A stretch of DNA of 64,000 bases from contig CBDEUK010000002.1 in assembly GCA_965243205.1 (NCBI GenBank), positions 1,664,001 to 1,728,000 of the forward strand. Reading direction: 5' to 3'. Below, piece after piece: positions 30,070 to 41,700 of the stretch. The stretch comes from Gammaproteobacteria bacterium (GTDB taxonomy: Bacteria; Pseudomonadota; Gammaproteobacteria; Eutrophobiales; Eutrophobiaceae). Every line of letters starts with the position of its first letter. The stretch's first letter is position 1. A program made the position numbers and the translations under genes. A model generated the notes under the pieces. That model was given only the letters and a program-made list of their open reading frames with translations, had not been told where the DNA came from and ran no database searches.

Positions 30070-30720
30070 CTACTCTAAAACTTCTTCTTCCTCTTCTTCT
30101 AATTGTATTTGGCCATCTTGTAATTTAAATTTGTATTCTTGTAATATATTTTCTATTTCAACTTGCTTTAAACCAGTAAAGCCTTCTGATTGTACAAGCC
30201 CATCAATCCTGTTTTTATTTTCATATAACTCCATTAATTCGATATTGGCCTTGTATAAAATTGCATTTTTTACTTCTTGCTCCTGAATAATAGATTCTTT
30301 CTCAGCTACTGTTTCTTCTAATTCAGCCTTCTCGCCATTTAACTGTTGTACAACAAGCACTGTATCTTGATATTTTGCAATCACATCCCGTAATTGACCT
30401 TCACGCTTATCGATTTTTTCATCACGTTTTTCAACCGTATTATTTAAACCAGCTACTCTCCCTTTATATTTATCAATAGTAGCTTCATTCTGACTGATTT
30501 CTTTTTTGGCTTTTTTTAAATCTTTTTCTAACTCTTTATTATCTTTCTTAAGCTGGATTATTTCTTGTTCTAATGCTGCTTTCTGAGTATTTAATTCTTG
30601 CATCATATACTGCATGCGCTTCATAGCTTGATCAGCACCTGAGGATCCACCATCTCTAGTAGCTCCAGCATAAACAATGAAACTAAGAAAAAAAGATAGA
30701 AATAAAACAGAATATTTCAT
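30070..30720 (-). CDS. Exported coiled-coil protein of the TonB/TPS cluster
   Basis: Signal peptide, long heptad repeats, C-terminal E.FTGLKQVEIEN..QEY. Confidence 0.75.
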   Translation of the reverse strand: MKYSVLFLSFFLSFIVYAGATRDGGSSGADQAMKRMQYMMQELNTQKAALEQEIIQLKKDNKELEKDLKKAKKEISQNEATIDKYKGRVAGLNNTVEKRDEKIDKREGQLRDVIAKYQDTVLVVQQLNGEKAELEETVAEKESIIQEQEVKNAILYKANIELMELYENKNRIDGLVQSEGFTGLKQVEIENILQEYKFKLQDGQIQLEEEEEEVLE

Positions 30721-30724
30721 GAAT

Positions 30725-32554
30725 TTAGAATTTGGCGCTTAAGTCCAATTGAAATATATCAAAACCAAGTTTAGGCCCATCAATTTGATCGGTGCTAAAA
30801 TAACGTGCTTGCATAAATACATTATCAAGAATTCCATATCTGCCGCCAAGAATAAATCCTTTTCCATTTGTACCGCCACCTTGGAAATTAGACTCTGTAA
30901 AAGCATCAAGCACAGCGTCGCGTTGTAAATATTTATATCCACCAAACACTTGCCACTTACCTGCTTTCGTGTAATCAGGCCAACCCGCGGTCAGTTTTAC
31001 ATAATAACCCAGATTTCGTGACTTTAAATCCTCTAAGGTTGGCGTTCTAATAAATTGACTTTGGTATAAAGCAGCAACTCCATTACCACCCGCCGTCAAA
31101 TTGTTAAATATTTCTTCTGCATCATAACCAATGTTATAAACCACATCTCCAGTAAATATCAGATGTATTGGTGCTAAGCCTGTCCAATCATAACTCGCTG
31201 TTAAATTTATTTGATTAAAATCAGATGCCAGTCCATATAAAGCAGTTTGGTTAGTAAGATCTTCATCATTTCTAATATCAAACATTGTATTTCCGCCCTG
31301 AACAAACGTCGGAGCAGTAAAGTCGTTTTCTTGAAAACTTACATTTGCAACACCAACCCCTGCAAAATTATTTCGCTTTCCTCTTGTATTTATATAATCA
31401 TAATAAGATATAGCGAACTTTAATTTCGATTGATCATTAAACACTAATTCTGATCCAACTTGACCACCGATCATCCATTTATCTTGAGAAGAAAAATCTA
31501 TTTGGTCTAAAGGGAATGCACCAAAGGTAGCAAACAGAGTTTTACTATTATCATTTAATGCCAACAAGCTATCTGATCCAGCTAAATTCTTTTTGAATTG
31601 AACCGCAAAACCTTCGTAACTTAAATCCACATCAAACACTAATTGAGTAGAAAAAAATGGATTCTTGAATCGACCTATCATGGTGGTTAACCATGGATAA
31701 GCATCCTCATCCAAAAATTTATATTTCATAAATAGACGGTCAATTTGAGTATCAAAACGACGACCATCATTTCCTAATGTCTGATTGACTGAAACAGGAT
31801 TATTTATATTACCTGTTGTTAAACGAATACCAACATCAACGTTATCCGTTATTTCCGTATCTAATGAAAGTCTTAAGCGTTGCCTAAATCGATTTCTAGT
31901 ACGTGTTCGATTATTAAAAAACTGATTTGGATCCTGATTTGCTGGGTCTAGTCTAGAAACAGTATCAAGATCTCTTTGAGCAGCATTAAGCGCCAAAAAA
32001 TCTGGTTCAATATTTTGGTCTGTAATTCCTGTTATTGATCCATTTACAGGAGTAATCAATTCATTGTTATCAGCATACGCATCTGTTTGATGCCTTATTC
32101 TCACATCACCACTAATGCGTAATTTTTTCATCCAGTTTGGAATTAAATCCGGTACGCCGAGAATTTCATTCTTAGCATCAGCCATCACTTCATCGACCAC
32201 TTCCTGCTTTAACTCTGAACGAACTTGGTCACGAATCTCTTGTTTTACATGATCTGGAACATATTGCACACGTACAGCATCTTCGTCTGCTGCTTTTTGC
32301 GCTGCTTGTAACTCTTCATTTTCTTGAGCTTCCTGGGCTGCTTGTACCTTGGCTTTAGCTTCCGCGCGTTGTTTCATTAGATCGGCTTTTTCTTCATCCA
32401 ATACACCAGCTACTACCAATTCATCAATCAAATTAACAATGGTATTTTTAATCCCTAACAGTTCTTCGCGTTCGCTTGGCGCATTTGCATCTGCAACAGA
32501 TATACAAATTCCAGCTGATATTGTGATTAATATTAATTTTTTTAAATAATTCAT
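30725..32554 (-). CDS. Putative outer-membrane porin (beta-barrel with N-terminal periplasmic helices)
   Basis: Signal peptide, VRVQYVP, P.W..K...GDVR.R, DA..DAFT.S.F..GGTN.KG, terminal QLDLSAKF. Confidence 0.8.
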   Translation of the reverse strand: MNYLKKLILITISAGICISVADANAPSEREELLGIKNTIVNLIDELVVAGVLDEEKADLMKQRAEAKAKVQAAQEAQENEELQAAQKAADEDAVRVQYVPDHVKQEIRDQVRSELKQEVVDEVMADAKNEILGVPDLIPNWMKKLRISGDVRIRHQTDAYADNNELITPVNGSITGITDQNIEPDFLALNAAQRDLDTVSRLDPANQDPNQFFNNRTRTRNRFRQRLRLSLDTEITDNVDVGIRLTTGNINNPVSVNQTLGNDGRRFDTQIDRLFMKYKFLDEDAYPWLTTMIGRFKNPFFSTQLVFDVDLSYEGFAVQFKKNLAGSDSLLALNDNSKTLFATFGAFPLDQIDFSSQDKWMIGGQVGSELVFNDQSKLKFAISYYDYINTRGKRNNFAGVGVANVSFQENDFTAPTFVQGGNTMFDIRNDEDLTNQTALYGLASDFNQINLTASYDWTGLAPIHLIFTGDVVYNIGYDAEEIFNNLTAGGNGVAALYQSQFIRTPTLEDLKSRNLGYYVKLTAGWPDYTKAGKWQVFGGYKYLQRDAVLDAFTESNFQGGGTNGKGFILGGRYGILDNVFMQARYFSTDQIDGPKLGFDIFQLDLSAKF

Positions 32555-32696
32555 ATATATAAGTGATTTTATTTATAAAACACCTGAAATATAAGAATAC
32601 ATCAAAAAAATACAAAAACAATATAAAATTTAATAGCTTACAAAGTATTTTTAAAGTTTCTTATGATTACAAACGCATACGCAAGTATGCAAAAAG

Positions 32697-33377
32697 TTAA
32701 ATACGGGATACGACTCTCAATTTGACTGGTTGCGGCATTCCATCAGGAGGGATCAAACCCAGTTTTTTACCACTGGATAGCGCTAATTCTAATGCATCGT
32801 CCGTTTTATTATCGCCAGTTCCTTGTACCAAATTGGCCTTTTCTATTCGGCCATCATCTGTAATCCAAACCTCAACAATAACGTTGTAAGCACTGGTTCG
32901 AACCGACTCTTGATTTGATAACAAACGAGTTAAGGCTTGCTTCAAGCTTCCAGCAAATCGTTTATAACTACCCTTGCCCTTTCCACAGCCAACGGTACAT
33001 TTTGGCTTGCCCTTCTTTAAACAAAGAGGTCCAGAACAAGCTCCCTCAGCACCATCAGATACAAGATCATCGGATGCGGAATCTAAGTCATCAGATTGAT
33101 CGGGTTCTGGAGCATCTTCAGGCTCCGGTTCTGGTTCGGGTTCTTCGGGTTCAGGCTCTGGTTCTTCCTCAGGAGGGGGTGGTTCCTCTTTTGGCGGAGG
33201 AGGGGGTGGAGGCGGAACAGGTTTAATTTTGAGAATAGTTTCCTTTTTAGGAGGAGGTACTTGAGAGCTTAATGAACCAAAAAATTTCATTGCACCCCAA
33301 ACTAATAATCCCAGTATGATCAATGCTATGATCACAGGGATCATCTTTTTTATCAGTTCTGAACTCTCTTCTGACAT
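32697..33377 (-). CDS. TonB-family energy transducer
   Basis: N-terminal TM, Pro/Glu-rich linker, TonB/TolA-like C-terminal domain; downstream of exbD. Confidence 0.85.
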   Translation of the reverse strand: MSEESSELIKKMIPVIIALIILGLLVWGAMKFFGSLSSQVPPPKKETILKIKPVPPPPPPPPKEEPPPPEEEPEPEPEEPEPEPEPEDAPEPDQSDDLDSASDDLVSDGAEGACSGPLCLKKGKPKCTVGCGKGKGSYKRFAGSLKQALTRLLSNQESVRTSAYNVIVEVWITDDGRIEKANLVQGTGDNKTDDALELALSSGKKLGLIPPDGMPQPVKLRVVSRI

Positions 33378-33400
33378 AAGAAATAAAAGCTAATTAATAA

Positions 33401-33814
33401 TTAACCTTTACCGATATTCGCGGTAACAAGTCCAACTTCCGTAATATTCAAACGTCCTAATAAATCCAAAACAGATACAACTTTCTGATACTGGACAGCA
33501 GCATCACCTTTCACAACAACAGGTAGTTCTGGATTAGCCGCTTTTAATGAAGCCAATGCTGCTTCTAATTGTTCAATGGTATACGGCAAAGTATCCAAAT
33601 AAATTTGGCCTGTCGCATCAATAGTAATCGCTTTGGTTTTATTTTCTGCAAGGCTAGGAGCCTTACTGGCTTTCGGTAGATCAACTTTTAAGCCTTGAAT
33701 AGATGCTGTCGTCATTACAATAAAAATAATTAACAACACGTATGCCAAATCCAACATTGGAGTAATGTTAATATCGTCGTAGGGTTCGTTATCACCTTTA
33801 GGGCCTTCTGCCAT
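33401..33814 (-). CDS. exbD: Biopolymer transport protein ExbD
   Basis: INITPMLDLAYVLLIIF and KGD..V.YQ.V motifs. Confidence 0.92.
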   Translation of the reverse strand: MAEGPKGDNEPYDDINITPMLDLAYVLLIIFIVMTTASIQGLKVDLPKASKAPSLAENKTKAITIDATGQIYLDTLPYTIEQLEAALASLKAANPELPVVVKGDAAVQYQKVVSVLDLLGRLNITEVGLVTANIGKG

Positions 33815-33831
33815 CTCTCTATTCTCCTATA

Positions 33832-35628
33832 CTAACGACCGAATGATTCGGTCATTCGCCCCATAAACTCTTCTGCGAATACATGCATATCCGCTGATAG
33901 TTCTTTAATCTGAGAACCAATATAGTTGTATCCAAATAACGCAGGAATCGCTACACCAAGACCTGCTGTTGTTGCTAAAAGCGCAGCTGCCATACCAGGT
34001 GCAATCGCATTAATATTTACTTCACCCGATGCTGCAATACCTGCAAAGGTCACCATTACTCCAACCACCGTTCCTAATAAGCCAATGAATGGTCCACCTG
34101 AAATTGCGATAGTTAGTAAAACGATTAATGAATTAATTTTTTGACCTTCACGTACCATGGTTGCATCTAATGATGAACGAATCGCACTCAATGATTTCGG
34201 TTCTAGACCAGAGAACTCTGCACCAACAGCAGGTGACATACGTTTGCGTAATTGATTAATACCTTGCTTATAAACTACAAACAAAGGTGATTTGCCATAT
34301 TTTTTATCGGCATTATAAAGCTTGGCAAAGTTCTTTTTATCCGCCCCTAAACTTTCATACGCTTTTAAGAATTTTTTACTAGCACCACGAGCAACCATGA
34401 TCTGGTATGTTTTATAAAACATAATTAAAAAAGCAACGACTGCCATGAAACCACAAAACCCAATAACTATTTGCTCAACAATCGCATGTTCATTATCAAA
34501 TACGTTACTGATAATGATACCGAAATAACCACCACCACCATGATCTCCTTCAGCAGAACCTTCACTGTCTTTTGATTCATCACCACCATAGGCAATCATT
34601 CGAGCTAACTTACCTTGGTTGTCTGCAGTTGCCTTTAACCAACCAGTTGTACGAGCAACAGAAGCGACACGTAGCTCATCCATTTCTCCAACAAAACCTG
34701 TTGGTGTTGCTTCATCAACAACGACAGAATTACCAACTGATAACTGCCCTGTAAGATTCAATGGTTGGATTGTTGTAACTGATGAACTAATACCATTCAC
34801 AAACAATGACATCTGCGTACCTTGAAACACTAAAGCAACATGCTGCCAATCGTTTAATAACAATGGCTGTGAAGGCGAAGATTCAACATCTCCAATTGCT
34901 CCACTGGTTTTAGCAATCAATGCATTACCTTGTTGAATCAAAGAAACAGAACTGGTTCCATCTGAATACTCATAAATAACTGCGCCTTCTGAAGCTGCTT
35001 CAGGTTTGATCCAAGATGAAATCGTAAAACCTGGTTCAGAAATTAAGTTTAATGTTGAAGAGTTTGAAAAAGTAAGTGCTGTAGAGCCGTTAAATTTCGC
35101 ACCTTGTCCAATTAATGAAGCCTTAATAATTTCGGCAGTACTTGACGGATGGTTACCATTATACGTTTTATCTTGTGGGCTGGATGTATCGTCAAAATGA
35201 ATTGCCATAACCTCAGCTTGATCAAAACTACCCGCAACATCATTGCTTGATACAGCTGCCTGATTTCCATAATACATATAGATTTTATCAGTCAAACCAG
35301 CAGCAATTTGTGGAACCTTAACCCATATTAGTGCCATGCTGTTTAATGGGTCGAGTTTTTCTACATGGTGCGTTAATGGAGTTGAATCATCAGCTGCGAA
35401 GAAACGAAGATCAGCACCGCCTTCTTTAACATCAAAAAAATATTCGAAATTACCTTGATGTAAACGAATTAACACCGTCATCTCACCAGCAGGTTCAGTT
35501 AGTTGTAGGCCTGAGTCAGTGGTATCGATGTTAATGACTTTGCGATAGGTCCATTCTTCATTCCACCATGCGGAAACAGAATTAGACAAGACGCACAGCA
35601 GTGCAAACACTGTAAATAAACGGTACAT
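33832..35628 (-). CDS. DUF2341-LamG-MotA/TolQ/ExbB fusion proton-channel protein
   Basis: Signal peptide, WW...W.YR and DLRF (DUF2341), LamG (WQHVA, G.MDELR), GPFIGLLGTV and ALLATTAGL.VAIPA. ATG at 35628 has an AGGAG RBS. Confidence 0.88.
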   Translation of the reverse strand: MYRLFTVFALLCVLSNSVSAWWNEEWTYRKVINIDTTDSGLQLTEPAGEMTVLIRLHQGNFEYFFDVKEGGADLRFFAADDSTPLTHHVEKLDPLNSMALIWVKVPQIAAGLTDKIYMYYGNQAAVSSNDVAGSFDQAEVMAIHFDDTSSPQDKTYNGNHPSSTAEIIKASLIGQGAKFNGSTALTFSNSSTLNLISEPGFTISSWIKPEAASEGAVIYEYSDGTSSVSLIQQGNALIAKTSGAIGDVESSPSQPLLLNDWQHVALVFQGTQMSLFVNGISSSVTTIQPLNLTGQLSVGNSVVVDEATPTGFVGEMDELRVASVARTTGWLKATADNQGKLARMIAYGGDESKDSEGSAEGDHGGGGYFGIIISNVFDNEHAIVEQIVIGFCGFMAVVAFLIMFYKTYQIMVARGASKKFLKAYESLGADKKNFAKLYNADKKYGKSPLFVVYKQGINQLRKRMSPAVGAEFSGLEPKSLSAIRSSLDATMVREGQKINSLIVLLTIAISGGPFIGLLGTVVGVMVTFAGIAASGEVNINAIAPGMAAALLATTAGLGVAIPALFGYNYIGSQIKELSADMHVFAEEFMGRMTESFGR

Positions 35629-35700
35629 GTTACTCCTAAGCAAATACGAAAGTTTTGACTTGAACTTGGGCGGATTATAAAAGATTGCAGCCTGCCTTAG

Positions 35701-35718
35701 ATGACAGTTTTGTTACAA
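35701..35718 (-). promoter_or_regulatory. Pho box upstream of the exbB-exbD-tonB-porin genes
   Basis: TTGTAAC-aaaa-CTGTCAT, near consensus. TATAAT at 35674-35679 is in phase (21 nt = 10+11). Confidence 0.8.
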
Positions 35719-35727
35719 TCTGTAGAA

Positions 35728-38700
35728 TTAACCTAAATCTTCAGTGTTTTCTGGCTTGATGTAAGAAACTTCTGCGTTTTCTTCTTCTTCGTCTTCATCC
35801 TCTTCTTCTTCAATATCATCATAACCGAAGCCAAGGATTTCTACAGAGATGAAACTTAATTGCGGCGCTTGCTCCACAACTTCTTCTTCATTTTGTTCAG
35901 AATCGTCCGTTGCAGATTCAGCTGCAGAATTAGTCGCATCATTAGCAACATTACTAGTTCCAGATAAACCAGATGTACTCGTGGCACCACCACCTAAACT
36001 TGCACCATTTACATTGACTGATCCACCATCAATATTACCCGGATTAATAAGTGTTCCAAAAATACTAATATCACCAGATGCTTCAATACCAGCATCTCCA
36101 GCATCAATGACTCCGTTAGGAGCAAGCAATGTAACGGAACCTGCCGTTACTTCTGGATCAATGACTACAGCACGAATACCACTGCCTGATACAGTATTAG
36201 AAATATCAACTATTACTTCCCCTTGGTCATTAATTGATACCAAAGGCTCTGGCGCAGAGATAGCAGATTTTGAACCTTTACCAGCATCAATATTCCCTAT
36301 TGATGACCACATTAAGATATCGCCACCTAATAATGTAGAAACCCTGGACTGGTTGACTAAGAAATCTTCTCTAGAGTAGGTTAAAATACTACCTGTTGAT
36401 TGAGCAACCACTCCTAATAATCTATCTTCATCACCATCCAATGTTACTGGTAAACCAGCATTGACTTCACCACCTGGAACTACAATGTTGATACTTCCAC
36501 CATCCAAGGTATAAGCCTTACTGGAATACATGGTTAAGTCACCTTGGTAATCGGACTGCGCAACTAAATTATCAAAGTATGCTTGTTTTTCAGCATCATT
36601 AGTAAATGATAACTTAGCTGGATCATAAACTTCGGCACGTTCAAACTTTGACTCTGGAAATAATACATCAATTGCTTTAAAGCCTCTGGCAAAAGAACCA
36701 GTCGTATTACTTTCAAAACCCGCAGCACTAAACTCAGAATAATACGCAGAGAATATATTAGGGATAAATTCTTCACCAATAATATCCCACTGCTCTTCTC
36801 TTGAGAGCGCTTGGAAATTTGCAACAGCAATATCGTCAGTAATTTTATTACCATCTCTATCTAATAAATCTTTCCCATCTGCATCTTTTTTAGTAAAACG
36901 ATTATTTAGAAAACTGATCAAATCATCACTATAGACACCATTTTCAGCATCAGTTGATGTAGAGTTTTTGAAAAAGTACTCATTATAAAAATCAAAATAC
37001 CTTGGCCCTTCTCCAACACCTGCTAAAACAAATAAATCAGCCCCATTTTCAGATAAAAAGGTATTGGATAAATTACCTTGAGTCTCAATGCCTTTCGAAC
37101 TACCTAAATCAATATTGCGACCTGCTATGACTTCCACTCTACCAGAACCACCGACACCAATAATATTTCGACTATCATTTAATTTAATATCACGACCTGC
37201 TCTTACCCTAGTGATATCAGAGTCTCGCATGTTATTACCTTGTAACTGTAAACTGATAATATCGTTTCCTGCATCAATTCGAATAGATTCGCGTACTCTA
37301 ACGATACCGCCAGCTCCAGATTTCGCTTCGATATTCCCAGTTTCAGCCACTATGTAACTGGGCATAAAATCATTGATATGTAGAGGGGGATCAGAACGTT
37401 GCTCTAATAGATCATCTAAACGCAGAAGTTTGGTTGTTTCAGTACTTTTGGCAAATGTTTCTAAATAAGGAATGTTTAACAATGGTATTTCTAAAACATC
37501 GATAACACCACTAGTAAAAATATTATTACCAGCAAATAACTCAATACCACCATCATTATCAGAAATTAGGTTAATACCATTATCGATATTTATATCACCT
37601 TTTGCCGCAGTAATATTAAGTTCACCAGGCAAGTATCTAATTAAATCAGAGTTACTCGTACCCCGAGAAAGACTTGTATTGAAATTATTAAGATCCGTAA
37701 ATGATCCATCCAATCTAACATCCCCAGTCAAGCTGGTTAACTTTACAGAGGTATCATTGGTATAAGTAAAGAACAGAGGTTGGCCATCAAAACTAACAGC
37801 CGTTGGGTTGTAAATATGTTGGATATCTATATTACCACCAGCTTGAAGATTTAAACTGCCACCCATAAGTGCCAGCATCGTATCTAAAGTAGTGCCCTCA
37901 CGAGCAGTGATATCACCCACAGCCGTAATATCTGCCACACCATCACCCACAAAAAAGATACCGCCTTTAATATCACCACCAGCATGAACATCAATATTGC
38001 CTTTATTTAAGCGTGTAATTGCATCAGTATCATAATCTCGAGTCAGTAACGTGGGAGCAGAAACCGATAAACGCTCAATATCTTGTCCTGCTTTAACCGT
38101 TACATTACCACCACCAAGAGCAGCAACACCCTGCTTAAAATTAGCAAAATCAATCCAGGTACCTGCATCCTCGTCTACATTACTGACAGTTCCAGTAAAA
38201 GGGTTTCTTAATTCATCTAATTTTTCTTGGCGAACTAACCATTCACTGAAAAGCTGGGTTTTATCTGTGGCACTTGTCGTACCAATAATATTATTACCAG
38301 CAACAAGATTTACATCGCCACCCTCAACCGGAACCCATTTTTCAACTTCAAGAGATGGCTCATTAACTGCTCTGTTATCCAGCTCTTTTCCTATCGATTT
38401 GCCCAGTGAATAAATAGCATTTTGTGCTGTTAATTTGATATCGCCTGAAGCATATAAGTTGATATCTCCAGTACCCGTTCGAATGATAGAGTCATTACTT
38501 AAGATGATATTTCCAGTATTAGCTAAACCAGAAATAGAGTTTATACTTGGCTCCTCAATCGCAAAGATATCAGCAACAAAGTTGTTATTTTGTAGTTCTG
38601 CGCCTGCTACTAAATTTAGATCCCAACTATTCTCGGTCAGACTAAAAACATCAATTGTTGTCGTTGTACCAAATGGACCGGGTATTATCGTAGATTGTGT

Positions 38701-41700
38701 AGTAACTCCATCTGACAAATTACCATCGATATTAATATTACCTGTTGCTCTTGCTGTAAATATTCCTGGTTGGTCATTAAAACGAAATGTTGAAAAATCG
38801 ATATCTTCCGTAACAGTAATATCACCTTGATTACGTGCTTCAATACCAGCCCTTAAATTAAATACTGCACCATCCACACGCTCTATAAAGCTTTCTATGG
38901 CTGCATTGTTAATATCTGTTGCTGCTGCGATAAAATCATTTGCCTCGCTAATAGCTGTAGTCATAAACGAATTGTTTATGATAGATTGCGAGTCATATAC
39001 TTTGACTGCTTCAACAATTGTTTCTTTTGAAGTAATAGTGCTATTGATTTCAGTAATATTTACATCAGTATTGTCGTTGGTTCTTTGAACTCTTAATAAT
39101 ACTTCACCATCACTACCAGAATTGACCGTTGAACCAGCTAATAAATTTAAATTACCCTCTGTTGACTGTAATGATATTTTACCATCAGCTGCACTATTCT
39201 TTGTTGTTGTATCCAGGCTTGCTTGAGAATTTAATGTGACATCATTTCTTGCAATAAGATCAATTTGACCGCCATTGGTTTTATCGGTAGTAAGCAATTC
39301 ACCATCAATAATGATATTTCCATTACCATCTATTCCTTCAGCGGTTAGTTTAATTTGATTGGAGATAATTTTTTCATTGGCAGCAACATTAATATCGCCT
39401 TCTAGTAAACGGATATCTCTTGAACCAGTAAATCCTGCCGTATTTAAATTATCGTTAAGTTGATTAAAACCATTCGTTACACTTGAATCAATAAGAATAG
39501 ATTCTTCCTTGATAATGTTACCATCAACATCCATCTCCTCTTTTTGAAATATACCTTGACCAATTGTTTTAGAGTCAACTTTGATATAACCACCTAACTC
39601 ATCTGCATTCTCACCACGCTGATCAGCTTTAAGATTTGAGTTAATAGTCACATCGCCATTTTGAGCAACAAGTTCCAAACGACCTGCACTTGCACCTACG
39701 CCACCAGATTCTAAATTAAGTCCAACAGCATTAGTATTCGATTGAGCAGCAAAGATATTACCACTATTCGATACAATTCTTATTTGTCCACCAGGTAAAT
39801 TTATTTCTTTGATACCTAAAACATCAATACTTGTTCCTGATACATCAATTCCAGCGTTATCTTTTAATATAACATCGCCATTGGTAGCAACTAACTCAGT
39901 TCTTCCTACTGGTAAGTTCAGGAAGGTATCTAGAGTAACTGAAGAACCTTGAAGCCCAAATGAACCACCAATATCAGCGATAGAGTTTGCAACAGCCTGT
40001 GCAGTTGCGTTACCTATATCTAATTTTCCAGAAGCAACTATCTTACTGTTACTGCCACTCAAAGCAGTTATCCTTGCAGCATCAATATCAAAATCGCCAC
40101 GAACATCTAGTACAGCATTTCTCCCCTGACCAACTATATCTCCATTTACTGTACCTGTTACTTCTTTAAAACCAACAAGAGAGAATTCTCCCTCACCAAT
40201 ATTCAGTTGGTTTGTATCAATATTCAAAGTTCCAGTTGAAGTCAGAGGATCTCCAAGTCTTGTAGAACCAATCGAATTACTAAAAGTAAGCCTATCTGCC
40301 TTTAGAGTAACATTTGCTGTATTTGATTGATCTGCTATCAATCCATTACCAATAAACTCTAGATTATTTTGAGTCATGGTTGTCGTACCAAAAAATGTGA
40401 TATTCCCATCAGTACGTAAAGTAAGATCTGTATTCACTAAATCTGCCAACTTATTATTATCTAAAACCAGACCTGTTGCGGATGGACTAACCTCACCAAT
40501 GTTAATGCCTGGACCTCCTAATTGAATTGAACCTCCCTCTGTAATATCTAAATCTGCTTCTAGGTTGAAATTGCCAGTTGAATCAATTGTTATAGAGTTA
40601 TCTGCAGCAATGGTTGAACCAGCCTGCAGATCCAGAACTGTTGTACTGTTTGGGTTGATGTTGTTACGTTGTAAATCAACTTGTGGATCAGCTGAAACTC
40701 TGACAATGGCACTATCGCCTGATCCATCTTTTATTATTAATGTTTCCTTAGCATTACTTGATGTACCACTACTGCTAATTTCACTACCAGTTGAGACAAT
40801 TAAATTATTTTTTGCAGCAATAATAATTTCATTTCCATTTAACTCTACATTCTCTCCTATCGTTACATTATTAGATGAAACAGTAAGCTCTGTTCCTTCA
40901 GAAGTTATGTCGCGAGTCCCACCAATTAAAATACTTTCCGCCCCCAGCCCATTTAGACTTGAAACTAATAATTCAACTGCATCAGCCACACCTTGTTTGG
41001 TGTTTTCAATATTAATAGCATCAGCAACAATGTTTACTAATGCTCTACGTCCATTTTCTGCAGATGCCAATATATTGCCATCCAATTGAATGCCCGAACC
41101 AGCAATTATATCCAAAGTTCCAGCATCTTGATTTAATCTCGGCTGATTTAAGTCGTTTATAGCTGCTATCTCAGTAACAACCTCATCAGAGTTATTTATA
41201 TCAAATTCACTAAGAGTATTGGCATAACTACCTGGGAAAACAACATATCCAGAGGTAGTACTTTCTTGGATATTCGTTCCTTTAATTGTTTCATACCCAG
41301 CAACTAAAGTTCCTGAATTAAATCCTACGCTTTGGTTTATCGGTAAGTTTTCAAATCCATCAACTTTTTCAATTAAAAATGCACCTGGCAGTAACGCATA
41401 GCGAGCTGGGAGTTTTAGATATTCACCTTCAGGTAAACCACTACTTGCACCCAGGTAAACACTTTCACCTGCAGCTAAATCCCAACGTGAAAATTCCAAA
41501 GAATCATAAGGAGATGAATCTCCAATCAAAGGCAATACAGCAAACCGGTTTTCTGAATTATCCGCCAAGAGAAAATCTTTAGAGCCTCCAGGACCAGGTA
41601 TAAATTCATATGTTATAACCTCACCACCACCCGTGAGATCAACAGTTCCATCCTCAGCAATATTTACTTCATCAGACTCAAAAACAATTCTTTTTTCAGG

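Noticed and set aside
32630-32695. Pho box or terminator between tonB and the porin gene
   Set aside because: The TTACAA-like words are not 11-bp phased, and the GCATAC-gcaa-GTATGC hairpin has only a weak U-tract in the sense direction.
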